Notes: a model not told the origin generated them from the letters alone. A DNA stretch of 63,873 bases, filler included, from Bonamia ostreae (GCA_040357525.1; 43 parts of 43 records of this genome joined end to end with filler, not necessarily neighbours in it), one strand, 5' to 3'. Shown: positions 1-12,588, counted from the first letter of the whole stretch. Translations and numbers: made by a program.

Positions 1-863
1 AATTCCGGCCAATTCGGCACTTGATAAACTTCAACAAACGGATGTTTTACAAACGCCTTAATAATGTTCGGCGCTATTTCCGGATATGCAGCCATTACCG
101 AATTATCATAATACACTCTCAGACGCCATTCTTTCATTGTCACAACATATTTGATTGTAACAACAAATTTAATCGCAACAACATGTTTAAAGTACCTGGA
201 AAAGCTTTCGTCAAAGCCTCCACATTCCTGGCTAATCCGAGTACATAAGCGGTAACTTGGCTTTTTTTCTTGAGACGAAGATATTTTTCTCCAAAAAGAG
301 AACTATTGTCGACAAACCAAACGACGCTGATGACGTTATAAGGGCCATTTTTGGGTTTCTTAGAAAGCCGGAATAAGTCGTTTTTTCGAAAAGAAGAGAA
401 GAGTTTAGTCACCGGAACAAAAGTTTTGGGCGTGAACCCACCAAAACTTCCTCTATATTCGAGATCAATTTGGTCTAAACAGCGATTGTGAAAAGATGGC
501 GTGCAAGCAAAACAATGCCATTTTTTGGAGTTTATTTGTTTCAAAATATTTTTCGTCGCTGTTTTACCGTAATTAGCTGCGATACAGCCCTTTTTGCATG
601 AAAGACTAAAAAACAAGGCAAAAGTACTTAGCGCAATTTTGCGTGTAACAATGGAACAGTCTGATGTCGCCTTCCCCGCAAACATCTATTTATGTGATTT
701 TGTGGAAACTGCATAGGCAATCAGGTGAATTTGAGGATTTTTTAATGGCTACAATGCAATTGAAACAGGTAGATGGCTTTCCCCCGTAATAATTTCTGGG
801 ATGGGGGTAGACCTTTTTCTTTTTAAAACAACATCTGCATCTCGATTTTTCGAAAACGGCCAT
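1..863 (-). CDS. ADD (ATRX-DNMT3-DNMT3L) zinc-finger protein fused to a putative glycosyltransferase-like domain; 3' truncated
   Basis: Exons 863-710, 685-615, 589-196, 130-1; GT-AG introns of 24, 25 and 65 nt. Spliced N-terminus: CRCC..HP..CFNC..CNVC..CYTQNC..FCLGC..NYG..WHCFACTP (12-Cys ADD pattern). It is followed by VISVVWF..YVLGLARNVEALTKAFPEWRLRVYYDNSV. Confidence 0.8.
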
Positions 864-1061
864 AACGGCTAATTTAATGTAATTTAGTTGTCTTGTATAT
901 AATTTTATGTTTTTAAGCTTTTATGGATTGATAAATAATTTGATTTATTTTGTGATACTTTCTGTGATAAATGGTTAGTGTATACTTTAAATAAAGGATT
1001 TGTTTTAATTTTGCGTGCAAAAATTTAATGGCGGAAAAATGTAAATTTTCAAAATTTTGCT

Positions 1062-1399
1062 TTATTCAAAAAACACTTTTTCTGTATTTTCTGTTGCTAT
1101 CTTTATTAGTTCCTTAACATCGATCGATTTTAGAGCTGCTACAACCTCCGCAATTTGGCTTAAAATCATTGTTGATGATATTATTGCTAAATCAAAAAAT
1201 GTTCAAAAAGAAAGTTTAAAATGGGAATATGAAACATTATGAAACAAGGTTCGTTTCTTGATTTAACTGCTTTTCCCAGTTCAAATCGTTTTATCGGTTT
1301 TTGCTCTATAGTCGTTTTAACGTATTTATAAGACGCGTGTGATTTCTTTATGCCGCACCAAGGAGAATCTGTTTCGAACATCATTCTTTGTCGCAAATT
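1062..1399 (-). CDS. TATDN1: TatD-family DNase, C-terminal part
   Basis: RMMFETDSPWCGIKKSH...RNEPCFI, intron 1159-1235, then IQIAEVVAALK...NTEKVFFE-TAA. Matches the TATDN1 C-terminus. Confidence 0.9.
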
Positions 1400-1499
1400 N
1401 NNNNNNNNNNNNNNNNNNNNNNNNNNNNNNNNNNNNNNNNNNNTTAATTAATTAANNNNNNNNNNNNNNNNNNNNNNNNNNNNNNNNNNNNNNNNNNNN
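1400..1499. other. Artificial contig linker N44-TTAATTAATTAA-N44 (first of 42)
   Basis: Identical 100-bp spacer every ~1.48-1.50 kb. The 12-mer gives stops in all six frames. Contig lengths fall steadily along the window. Confidence 0.98.
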
Positions 1500-1745
1500 G
1501 TCAATTCTGCGAAATTTTGGAATAAAAAATCGCAAATTTAAAAATAAACAAAAATTGTCAATTCTGCGAAATTTTGGAATAAAAAATCGCAAATTTAAAA
1601 ATAAACAAAAATTGTCAATTCTGCGAAATTTTGGAATAAAAAATCGCAAATTTAAAAATAAACAAAAATTGTCAATTCTGCGAAATTTTGGAATAAAAAA
1701 TCGCAAATTTAAAAATAAACAAAAAATGTCAATTTTGCGAAATTT
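1500..1745. repeat. Tandem repeat, 57-bp unit, probably intronic
   Basis: GTCAATTCTGCGAAATTTTGG... recurs at 1500, 1557, 1614, 1671 and 1728. Confidence 0.95.
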
Positions 1746-1764
1746 TGTAATTTGCTTAAATTTA

Positions 1765-2224
1765 GAAGAACAATGCAAATCCGTCTCTTTTGGACGAAAA
1801 CGATTTTATCGGCGCTCTCCAAAAATTTGTCGAAAAATCTGAATACGGCGCAATCGACGAATTCGTTGAAAAAAGCGTCAATTTTGCGAGAGAAAAATTG
1901 AGTGAGTCCAACGAGGTCACTTCGCAATCGAGAGAACTCATTCAAGAGAAAATGAAGCAAATTAGAATTGGAAAACAGTCGAAACGAAAAGTCGAAAAAG
2001 ATGTCGATAATCGACTCAAAAATGCATCAAACATAAACACAAAAAATGGCGATAATTCCCCAAAACGGACATTTTTAGCTGATAATATTGATAAAAATAA
2101 GCTCAAAAATAATGAAATTGATAAATTTTTCCAAAAAGTCCGGAATGGTTTGTCAGGGCCTTCCGACGACAGAAAAAGAAAGAATTCGAGGAGTTTGAGA
2201 AGTCAACAAAAGAAATCAAAATAA
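1765..2224 (+). CDS. Terminal exon of an unknown Lys-rich protein
   Basis: Open frame after the repeat and a TTTAG acceptor; ends in TAA. No family recognised. Confidence 0.55.
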
Positions 2225-2228
2225 CGTT

Positions 2229-2859
2229 TTACAATAAAATCGGTTTAGTCGCTTCGCCGTTTCCAGATTTTTTGTTTTCCTCAAAGTGCTTCAGACATTT
2301 TTTGTCTTTTAAAGCCAATCTCACTTTTTCAAGCTTTTCGGATTAAGATTTAAATATTAAACTTTGTTAAAAATGTCGGATGCTTCTTTTGAGAATTTTT
2401 GTAAACGTTCAAAATCCTCTTGAGCCGATTTTTGTTCATTTTCGGTCAATTTTTGTTCATTTTCGGTCAATTTTTGCGTTTTTGATGTAATTTTGTCGAT
2501 TTTCTGTTGTAAATTATTGAGAATTGTCGAGAGCTTCGATCTTTTTTTCTTATTTTAGTTTCAAAACAATTATTTTCTGCGACAAAAAATTTAACTTAAA
2601 ATTGTTAGTCGATTTTGAATTTTCAGAATTGATGGTCGAATTCATTTTTTTCAACTGGAAAAATTTTTCAAATTGTTTATTTTTGTTTTCCAGTTTTTTG
2701 ATTTTCGCTTTGCAAATTTTAATTTTTCTGACAGCCATTATTTGCTCAAATTGGTCTTCAACAGTTTTCTGTAAAAGTTGCTTTGCGGTTTTAGATTCAG
2801 TTTTACAAAAAATCGACATTTTCGCAATTTTTTAAAGCAAGATTTTTGATTTTTGTCAT
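2229..2859 (-). CDS. Unknown coiled-coil protein, multi-exon
   Basis: ATG at 2859; introns ending CGCAAAG, AATAAG and GAAAAG restore one frame ending KPILL-TAA. Confidence 0.55.
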
Positions 2860-5800
2860 TTTTAGTTGTTGCTGTTTATTAAAAACGAAAATCGATTNNN
2901 NNNNNNNNNNNNNNNNNNNNNNNNNNNNNNNNNNNNNNNNNTTAATTAATTAANNNNNNNNNNNNNNNNNNNNNNNNNNNNNNNNNNNNNNNNNNNNCTT
3001 CACCTTTTCATTTGTTTCTTTGTTGACATCGGGGCATGGCGTTTTACAAATACATCCTGTTTGCTTAAATAAATTGAGCATTTAGATGAAAAAAAACAAA
3101 ACAAAGCTTAATAATTGTTCACGAGAAGAATATTCAAATACTATTGAAAGTAATTCATATTTAAAATATCAATATTGTGCATATTCTTGTGTACTGAGAA
3201 ATAAAATATTGATGTTAGCAATTGACAAAATGAGAGGAGGTATACAAAATCTTGTCATCCAAATTGCTTATCAATAACACATGAGTGGAATGTCTTATCC
3301 TCAATCAGTGGATGTTTTATATGCTAAATATTCAAAGGTACTGAGAAAAAGTTTCATAATAAATGTATTTTATTTAGAAAGGATACACAGGAAAATGAGG
3401 TATGCATAATCATGGATCCAAAATTAAATAACATTTGTTGATTACAGTGATTTTCGTTTTTGACATTATATTACATGTACATATATGTTATAATGCATCG
3501 AAATTGTCTAATGTGAAATTTATAAAAGGGCATCGCTCACCTGAGACACTTCGACCCTGCTGTTGTTCACTGTTGTACTTTTCCAAAGATAACGTTTTCA
3601 ATCTTTATACTCATGAACATGTTTCAAAGCAGATTATGACCAAACGTATCCACAAAGGGTCATTAACTGACCTTCACAGAACATATTCANNNNNNNNNNG
3701 ACTAATCATGACCCTGCTTTCTTTGACCTAACTATTTTCTGGTGTTTTGACATGTACAATTTTGATCCAATATTGTGGTGTCACACTACTTCTTTTTGTC
3801 ATATTTTGAACAAATACTGCCCAGGGATGCTTGCATATTATAAATCTAATCAATCAAGATTTCGGTGTTCTTGAGAAGAAGCTTCTTTTACATATGCCTC
3901 TCTCAAATCAACTGGTAAAACTTAAACCCCTATTATGTCCCCACTCTGCCCCTAGGGACAATGGTGCAAACGAACTTAAAGTATATGCATGAAGGTGCTG
4001 TGCATATATCAAATTTTCAGTAGTTCTTGACAAGAGTGTTTCCTATACATTCACATGTGAAACCCTCATCCTCTAGTATGACCCAATCCAATATCAAGGC
4101 GTCATGAATTAGGGGTCATGATTTGAAAGATCTAAAATCTACAGTATGTCATGAACATTCCGTGTGCATTTAAGATTTTCTGGCCTAGTGGTTCTTGTGA
4201 ATACTGTTAAATACGTTCCTCTATATCCAAATTGAAAACATCGAGCCTCTATTGTGACCCTACCCTACCGTCCTACCCCTAGGGAGCATGATTTGAACAA
4301 ACATGAACTATTGGTAGATATATAACTTTCCTGGTACAGTGGTTCTTGAAAGGATTTTAAATTAAACCAATCTATTATTGTTTTTTCGTGATTATNNNNN
4401 NNNNNNNNNNNNNNNNNNNNNNNNNNNNNNNNNNNNNNNTTAATTAATTAANNNNNNNNNNNNNNNNNNNNNNNNNNNNNNNNNNNNNNNNNNNNACAAT
4501 TAACCCAAATCTATTTTTTTTATCAATAAAGCATTCGCGTAATAATGAAATTATATAATCAAACTAAAAATAGGGTATCGATACTGGTTTTTGAGAGGAA
4601 GAGTAAAAGATAAAAAAGGTATAAAAGTCTTTAATAGGATTTGAATCTATTCTCTTTACAGAAGTGGTCAGGCATAGCCTAACTCCACGTATTGTCGCAA
4701 ACCTTCATGTTCTGATTCTGGAAAATTCTGTTAATTATTTTCGACACATTCCATGCCCCAAATTTAGAATTATGAGTTTTCCCTAAGGAGGTAGAAATGA
4801 ATCGAAAATCTAAAGTAGAAAAATTTGACAAAAAATTAGTAGATACGCATTTGGTTTCTTGGAAAAGTTTTTGACATCTTTAAAATCTGTATCCTTGTTA
4901 AAATCAACAGAAATATATGTTTAATGAAAAGTGAAATGATAAAAAGCTTTTCGAAGAACAACGTGCATGTTTTTAAGTCTAGTTTGTCCATATTGTCCCA
5001 CCTGTAGAGTTTCCATTTTTTTCTGCCGCCAATCGAGATTAAAAGATGGATTACTCATAATCTAAACCCGGGTGAGTTAGTAAATGATACACTGTACTTT
5101 AATTATGACAGCAGCATGTATTAATGTTAAAATTGTGAACATAAGTCCGTTATGACGTACTTTCAGGCACATTTGAGTAGAAACGTCGGTCGAAGGGTAA
5201 ACCGTTACCGGTACCGACATTCAAAGGTTTTCCAGGATCCAATCGAAACTCCTCGAATGTCTCGCACAATCGATATAGATCTATGTCGAGTGTACGATAC
5301 ATTCGAGGAGTTCGGATTGGAGTGGATGTAGGCTAAGCCTGTCCACTCCTCTAAAGAGAATGAATTTGATTGAACCCACTCTAGATAACAAACTACGTTG
5401 TAAGATAATCTCTCAATGCCCATCTCTAGTTAGTAACATCTTCTGACCGCCAATGGACATGCCCAGTCGATATTTAAAGATAACAAATGTAGTAGAATGA
5501 AAAATGCCACCCGTGAAACACTAAATATACGAATTAAACAGGTCACGAGCGAGACTGGTTTCGAGGCTCGAACAATAATATTCATCACATGGCACACCTG
5601 CGAGTCTTCATCAAAATCCTACAACAGAGTTCACAAGAACAGCAAAAATTCTGAACAAAACTTCTCTGCGAGTTCGTATTTATTTTCTCCTACACACCTT
5701 TGAGGTAAAAAGCAACCTATAAGTACTTAGACCTGCATTTTCTCTAAATCCGTCCTACAAGCACAAGTCCTAACAATGTTCATGTGAATGTTCCTTATAA

Positions 5801-5992
5801 AACTTGCAAAAACCAAGAGCTTATAGATAACTTGATCCATCTGTCCTTCGTCAACTTTCTCAGATCCTCTGAATTTCTGTCGACATCTGTGTNNNNNNNN
5901 NNNNNNNNNNNNNNNNNNNNNNNNNNNNNNNNNNNNTTAATTAATTAANNNNNNNNNNNNNNNNNNNNNNNNNNNNNNNNNNNNNNNNNNNN

Positions 5993-6240
5993 TGACTTTT
6001 TCACGTCATTTTTTTCTGCCAAATTTTTTCCAAAAATTGACTTTTTCACGTCATTTTTTTCTGCCAAATTTTTTCCAAAAATTGACTTTTTCACGTCATT
6101 TTTTTCTGCCAAATTTTTTCCAAAAATTGACTTTTTCTCGCCATTTTTTCCAGTCAAATTTTTTCCAAAAATCGACTTTTTCTCGTCATTTTTTTCCGTC
6201 AAATTTTTTCCAAAAATCGACTTTTTCTCGCCATTTTTTT
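5993..6240. repeat. Tandem repeat, 45-bp unit
   Basis: TGACTTTTTCACGTCATTTTTTT... at 5993, 6038, 6083 and onward. Confidence 0.93.
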
Positions 6241-6299
6241 CATTTGAAGTTTCCGAGGATTTGCGATTTTGGTTTAAATTTTGCTCTAAAATGCTTTTT

Positions 6300-7389
6300 A
6301 GCTCCGATTTTTTGTAAGAAGGTTTTTCGATCTGCGAAGAGAATTTGGAGGTTTTCGGTTTATTTTTCGATGTCCATTCGTTGCTTATTTTCGCAAATTT
6401 TGTTCCAGTTTGTTTACCAATTTGTCGTTCTTCGAGTTTCTTTTTTTAATTCAAAATTTAAATTTCCGAAAAAAATTTTTGTCAAAACTTTTTTATCAAA
6501 TTTTTTAATAATCGCGAGATTTCGTTCTCTCAGAGATTCGTGTTTGTTCTTTCTCTCGATTTGTTCATTCCGAATCGTGAGATGATTTTTGATTATAACT
6601 TTTAATGCAAAATCGAGATCGTCATTTATGTTTTGGCTAATTTTCTTTTGTTCTTTAACTTTTTGACGTTCATTTTCAATTTTTTCGATTAGTCGTGACT
6701 AAATTTTAACGAAAAAACTTTTTCCGCCAAATTTTCTTTTCGCCACAAATCCGTTTCTGTGATGCAACGCAATCTTTCTTTAAACGCTTCGTCTTTTGAA
6801 CGTTGTCTAAATATTTTTTAAATTTGAAAAATTGTCAAAATTTTTGAAAACCGAAAAAATTCTTTAACAAAAATTTCTCGTTCTTTTTTCGTATCTTCGT
6901 GAATTTGCAATAACGATTTTAGCCTATTCAGTAAATCTTTTCGAACGGACGAAAGTCGTTTTTTCAAAAGCAATGCGGAAGGCAGATTGTTCCATTCCGG
7001 CAAAAAACGATATTTTTCCGATTGTTCTTTTTCAAATAACAAAAGTTTCTCCAAATTTTGTTGTTGTAATTCTCTTTCTTCCTTTTCTTCCCATTTCGAT
7101 TTTTTGTTTTTGTTCGGTTTTTTAGTTTGTTTTTTCGGTTTTTTGGTTTTTTGTTTTGGAATTTCTGTTTGTAGTTTTGGTTTTTCTGTTTTGATTTTGT
7201 CGTTTTTCTTGTTTTCTGTAATTTCGATTTTGCTTTTTTCTGTTAAATAATCTTCTGTTTTTTAAAATTATTTTCGATTTTAAATTTTTTTTGTTGTGTT
7301 TTTAAATAAGAAACGACTAAGTTTTTTAAAGTGCAATTTTCTGCGCGAGCGCGTTTTTTCTTTGCTAGATTCAATTCCTTCTGTGATAA
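6300..7389 (-). CDS. Fragment of an unknown charged/coiled-coil protist protein, multi-exon
   Basis: Several Lys/Glu-rich open segments separated by GTTT-starting introns. Boundaries are approximate. Confidence 0.45.
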
Positions 7390-7772
7390 NNNNNNNNNNN
7401 NNNNNNNNNNNNNNNNNNNNNNNNNNNNNNNNNTTAATTAATTAANNNNNNNNNNNNNNNNNNNNNNNNNNNNNNNNNNNNNNNNNNNNGGAATGATTTT
7501 AATTTTGGGGCATATTCTATATGTACGAGTATAGCCTGGTTTGGGATCAGTTTACGGTTTTTTTTATAATCCGCTTCGCCCTACTTTTCCCTAGTCTTTG
7601 CAGCTTAGTTTTAGTGCCAGTTTAGTTTTGTTTTTATTACCGTAATTTAACTTTCGTTTCTTAATAAAAATTGTATCGTTCTGAGGAAAGGACGCGGTAA
7701 ATTCGATAAATCCATAATTTTCGTGTCGTTTATCATTTATGTGTTTTATATATCCTATAAAATTATACCTAC

Positions 7773-8006
7773 CATAAAGCCATATGCCATTGCGTGTCCC
7801 ACATGCATTTTGTTTGGTATGGTTGGATACCATATTTGTCTTAGTTCTGAACCATTCGCCTTCACCACGGATGACGTTTCGGTCACATAATGGAGTTTTA
7901 CTTTTTTCTAACATGTTATCCACAATTCTATCTTCCGCAAAATTCAAAGTTCTTCCCACATGGCACATATCTAAGCTTAAGCTGCGGACGGCAAGGCATA
8001 GCAAAC
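7773..8006 (-). CDS. Host-type exon, UMOD/OIT3/VWDE-like D8C domain
   Basis: TTTTAG acceptor, GTAGGT donor, 234-nt phase 1-1 exon. LCDRNV..GEWFR..M....CGTRNGIWLYG. Confidence 0.65.
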
Positions 8007-8985
8007 CTAAAATATAGACTCCTGTTAACCTCTAGTTATATAAGAAATCAAATATTGTTTTTAGTTGTTTTTTTCTCTCTATATATCCTGAGATGTACGA
8101 GTCAAATACTATTTTCTCTCAATAATAGAATATGTATTTCTTACCAGTTATTAACACCTCCCTTTCCATATTCAACGAAATCTTTCTTGCTAGCTGCGAC
8201 TTATCTAGACAGGTTTTCCGCAGATGCCCTTGTTGCTACAATCTGAAAATATTCAACTTACAAAACGTGAGTTTTCTTACATGAAGAGCTTGACACGCTA
8301 TGCACACATGCAAAAGTGTAGATAACGAAAAGTGATTATTCTTGTTCCTCTTAAAACAAGACAAAATAAGATTAGCAGAAACACATTAGGGATAATTTAC
8401 TTGCTAATTCTTGGTGTGACCTTCAAGTAGACGTTTAAACATGTCAACGACATTTTATTCATTAACAATATTCATTGTCGTTCATTTGTTGATTCGATAT
8501 ATAAAAAATCAACCAATAACAAACAAAAAAGATTCGTCTACGTCGTCTTCATACTTGATATTTCATTCAACGTAGATGCTAAGATTTATTGCATGTTTTG
8601 ACAAACAGGATAAAGGATGGCGAACAGTTAGCCTTAAACATGTCAGAGTTTGATTGGTTTATTATCGAGAATCTTTCACTCATACATGTATAAGGACATT
8701 ACCAGAGTTTGGATCAGTGGCTATGTTCACAAAAAAATCTTACGAATCACAGGGTAAGACATTTAGTCTCTGGCATATACTCCACTGAGTTCAACTATGC
8801 TGTGAGTAAGAGTTAAGTTTCATCGCCAATGTTCATACATAGTTTTGTGAGCGAAGAAATATAAAGGGACAACAGTGTTTTAAATNNNNNNNNNNNNNNN
8901 NNNNNNNNNNNNNNNNNNNNNNNNNNNNNTTAATTAATTAANNNNNNNNNNNNNNNNNNNNNNNNNNNNNNNNNNNNNNNNNNNN

Positions 8986-9360
8986 GCCGATCGAAATTCT
9001 TGAGAGATGTACAAATATTTGACAGTTGTGGGGTGTGATATACACCCTAGAATTAGAGCATTTTTTCATTAAGTCAATGAAAATTGAATTATATATTTGA
9101 AATAGTGTTTCTCATACAGTACGAAATGTGACTTCAATGTTATTCCATGCTACGTTTTGATGGAAATATTAATGGAAAGTTCAAATGAAACAGAAAGTAA
9201 ATTAGTTCTGCATACAATGTAGACGTAAATGTATATCGGGTGTTCCATGATAGCGAAATTTGTGAGAAAATAAGAAATGTCAATTTATTTTTCACATTTT
9301 GTACAAGGTATGCAGAGAAAAACAATACACGTTGCCGACCACGACCGCGTCCGAGTTAGC
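8986..9360 (+). repeat. Dispersed host-type repeat, second copy at ~23919-24290
   Basis: Collinear shared blocks GATA(T/C)ACACCCT..ATTAGAGCA and CAAGGTAT..GAGAAAAACAA..TTGCCGA at the starts of two contigs. Confidence 0.7.
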
Positions 9361-10481
9361 GATGTCGCGTTTACAAGTGTGAAAACAATGGGAATATCAG
9401 CAAAACCAAAACTTGATTTACTTCTGTATGACACAAACGGTAACAGGATGATCGTTCCACCATACATATAGGTCTGAAATCAGTTCCCGTCAAATCTCAT
9501 TAACTTTAACACTAGGGTTGTCAGTTCGGTAGCCGTTTCCCATTTTGTTTTGATTCTGAAATCAAATTGAGGAATGCAAGAGTTGGGACTATTTGTAATT
9601 GCGCATCCCGATTTATTATAATTTTGCCACATGCATGAGCTTGGCGGAGGAAGGGTTTATAAAAAAGGGTTTTCGGACGATTGCGGGTTATTGTTTTTTG
9701 TTTTTTTGTTTTGTTTTTTGTCTTCTGCTTTATTTTGTCTGCATCTAGCAGAGTACGTACGCTTTCCTTTGTGACTTTAGCCAATATTTCGATTATTGGC
9801 TTCCCGGATATATCCTCTCCTAGTTCGTCGATGTCGTCATAATTGATGTCCTATTCTTCGATTCTTTTATTTGGTCATTGGTTTCATCACATACAATTCA
9901 TTTTGTCATGTGAGAGATCGCCTTTCAACGTTCTAGGTTTGTCTGCCTACAACGCCTTACATTCACCATCCGTTTTTCTTGTAAGTTAATATTACTAAGA
10001 GTTGCCGAAAGTGAAGACTTGTCAATAAGACATTTGTGTTTTCAACCGCCTTCTCGCCTTTTTCCGACGTGAGAATGTTAAGGGTATTGTATTCATGGTA
10101 CCAACTGTCTGTGATGCTGCTCATATTTCTAAAATTAACGTAATATCATTTTTCAACAGTTTCTTGGTTAATCATTTACTACGATGATACCCTTTAACCC
10201 TACTTTTTACCCCAGGGTTTCTATGACATTCATGTATAATTAAAGGTGGCCACTGATGGAAATCCTTAGATCGAATATCTTTCAAAAGTATTATTGCTGT
10301 TACGTTTAAGGGACGTGTAAGATATAAATGTACTAGCAGCACGTTGTTCGTATGGAAGAATGTTATGAATATAGCTCATAANNNNNNNNNNNNNNNNNNN
10401 NNNNNNNNNNNNNNNNNNNNNNNNNTTAATTAATTAANNNNNNNNNNNNNNNNNNNNNNNNNNNNNNNNNNNNNNNNNNNN

Positions 10482-10640
10482 TCGATTTTTTTTGTGGCGA
10501 GCGACATTATTTTTTTGTTCGGACTATTTAAAATTTGTTGTTCGATTTTTTTTGTGGCGAGCGACATTATTTTTTTGTTCGGACTATTTAAAATTTATTG
10601 TTCGATTTTTTTTGCTGCGACATTATTTTGTTGTTCGGAC
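10482..10640. repeat. Intronic tandem repeat, 60-bp unit
   Basis: TCGATTTTTTTTGTGGCGAGCGACATTAT at 10482 and 10542, with a degenerate copy at 10602. Confidence 0.9.
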
Positions 10641-10694
10641 TTTAAAAAATTTGCTTCTAATATATGGAATAAAAGCCCAAAAATAAAAAATAAG

Positions 10695-11576
10695 CCGATT
10701 AAAGAAGCAAGCTACGTAAACATCCCTGTCATCGCTTGTTGCGATGCAGACTCTCCCCTCGAGTTCGTAGACTTAGCGATCCCTTGCAACAACAAAAACA
10801 AGAACTCCGTCGCGGCAGTGCTCTACTTACTCTGCAGAGAAGTCTTGCGCATGCGCGGAGAAATAACTAGTCCCACTTGGGACGTCTTCGTCGATCTCTT
10901 CATTTTCAAAGAAAACGAGGAACTCGAAAAACGAATCGAGAAAGACGACCTCGTCCGCGAAAAGAGGAGGCTCGAACAAGCAGAAGGAGAGAAGGAACCG
11001 GAACATGAAGCAGACAAGCCTGAACTCTCCTCCGCCCCAGAACAGCCGACGCCCGACCAACCGGACATTAAAGGCGACTTTGAGAAGACCAGCTCTTCCG
11101 CGCAAGCAGAAGAAAAACAACCCGCCACCTCTGGCGTGCAGGAGCCGCTGCAGCATTGGAACTACCCGTACGCGGGGATGAACAACGCGATGTACATGCA
11201 GATGATAGCTCAGCAGCAGAACATGGCGCCGCCCGGAGGCGATAAGAACGCGCCGCCGAGTTCGCGTGGACAGCAAGCGGCTTTCCCTCCCGGCTTCCAT
11301 CCGGGGATGGCAGGCTTCATGCCGTATCCGCCTGCTTTCATGATGCGGCAGCAGGGCTCTCAGCAGCAGAGACCGGGAGAAGGCTTTGTGTACCCGCCGA
11401 TGGGGTACATCCCGATGCCTCCTCAAGGAGGAGCAGGCGGGCAGCAAGCCTCCTTCGCGGCTGGGCAGGTACCGCCGATGGGCTTCTACCCGAATTTTGG
11501 GCCTCAGAGCGCTCAGGGGCAACAGCGGCATCACCAACAGCCTCCTCCTCCTGAAAAGCAGGACCAGAAAAAGTAA
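10695..11576 (+). CDS. RPSA: 40S ribosomal protein uS2/SA, last exon, with long Q/P/G/M-rich extension
   Basis: AAATAAG acceptor, then [34 protein letters not shown]...[20 protein letters not shown]. Confidence 0.95.
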   Translation, partial: PIKEASYVNIPVIACCDADSPLEFVDLAIPCNNKNKNSVAAVLYLLCREVLRMRGEITSPTWDVFVDLFIFKENEELEKRIEKDDLVREKRRLEQAEGEKEPEHEADKPELSSAPEQPTPDQPDIKGDFEKTSSSAQAEEKQPATSGVQEPLQHWNYPYAGMNNAMYMQMIAQQQNMAPPGGDKNAPPSSRGQQAAFPPGFHPGMAGFMPYPPAFMMRQQGSQQQRPGEGFVYPPMGYIPMPPQGGAGGQQASFAAGQVPPMGFYPNFGPQSAQGQQRHHQQPPPPEKQDQKK

Positions 11577-12089
11577 AGTCTTCTGAACTCGACCAGTTTA
11601 CAAATCGGATTAGTTTTGCAATTTAATTTTTGCTGTACAAGCAATAATCCATTGAACCGTCTTTTTCTATTTTGACGCCTATTGTGCTTTTGTATTCTGG
11701 TTCGCTGGGCATTCCAAGCATTTCGCGCAATTGCAATCTCAGCAGATTTATCGCAACTCGATTTTGTAAAAAAATTTTTATAAAAAATGGCGAGATTTGT
11801 AATTTTGTTTTATAAAAATTGTCGATTTTGGAAAAAATTTGTTTTATAAAAAATGGCGAGATTTGTAATTTTGTTTNNNNNNNNNNNNNNNNNNNNNNNN
11901 NNNNNNNNNNNNNNNNNNNNTTAATTAATTAANNNNNNNNNNNNNNNNNNNNNNNNNNNNNNNNNNNNNNNNNNNNTATTGTCGTTAATTTGTAAATTGC
12001 AAAAATATTGTCGTTAATTTGTAAACTGCAAAAATAATTTTTAAAATTCAAAATTATTCTAAAACAGAAACATAAAACTTTTATAAAAA

Positions 12090-12588
12090 AGAATCTGACA
12101 ACAAAGAAACGCATAAAACAATAAAAAGTCGCCGCGGTGAAAAAAATCGTTCCACTGTAGCAAACCAAATTCTTGTTAATTAGAAAAAGAGAAAATGACA
12201 TGCAAAATGTCAAAAGAAAAATGATCATCGGAATAACCAAAAACAATCTGTAAATGTCGAATTGAGTAGACCAAAATGCGTTTATCATTCGAATTTTATC
12301 TTCGAATTTTTGCCTTTTCATCTTTTTTTAATTAATTTTCGATTTTCTGTAAATTCGATTTTTTATAAAATTAATATTTTTTCCAATTTGAACAATAAAA
12401 ACGAAAGGAATATTTTTATATTTCCCATTAAAATATCCAATTCCTAAAAATCCTTTATTTTCAAGATAAATTTCAAAAAGATGTTTATTTTCAGTGTTTC
12501 CGAAAGAAACCATTTTTCCAACTTTTTCTGTTTTTTTGACATTGTCTAAATCCGTCTGGTTTTTGTCTGAACTGACTTTAGTTACCAT
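12090..12588 (-). CDS. Unknown membrane protein, 5' part
   Basis: ATG at 12588; second exon has two hydrophobic segments (LFLVIPMIIFLLTFCMSFSLFL; GTIFFTAATFYCFM). Confidence 0.5.

Noticed and set aside
1028-1300. Plus-strand claudin-like gene with a second in-frame TGA (MGI*NI)
   Set aside because: The region is the antisense of the TatD gene, and the TGA falls within its intron.
1444-1455. Regularly spaced TTAATTAATTAA palindrome as a biological repeat or CRISPR-like array
   Set aside because: Always centred in N-runs; it is an assembly linker. ORFs crossing it (X runs) are artefacts, and adjacency between contigs is meaningless.
1452-1842. Repeat-protein ORFs here and at 5945-6585, 31404-31698 and 56131-56397
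   Set aside because: They are translations of tandem or low-complexity DNA in introns or flanks.
4496-5892. Possible coding or degenerate element sequence
   Set aside because: I could not build a convincing spliced frame or recognise any motif; left unassigned.
10823-11537. Long antisense ORFs over RPSA, and similarly over 55156-55881
   Set aside because: Shadow ORFs of GC-rich sense exons with no recognisable motifs.
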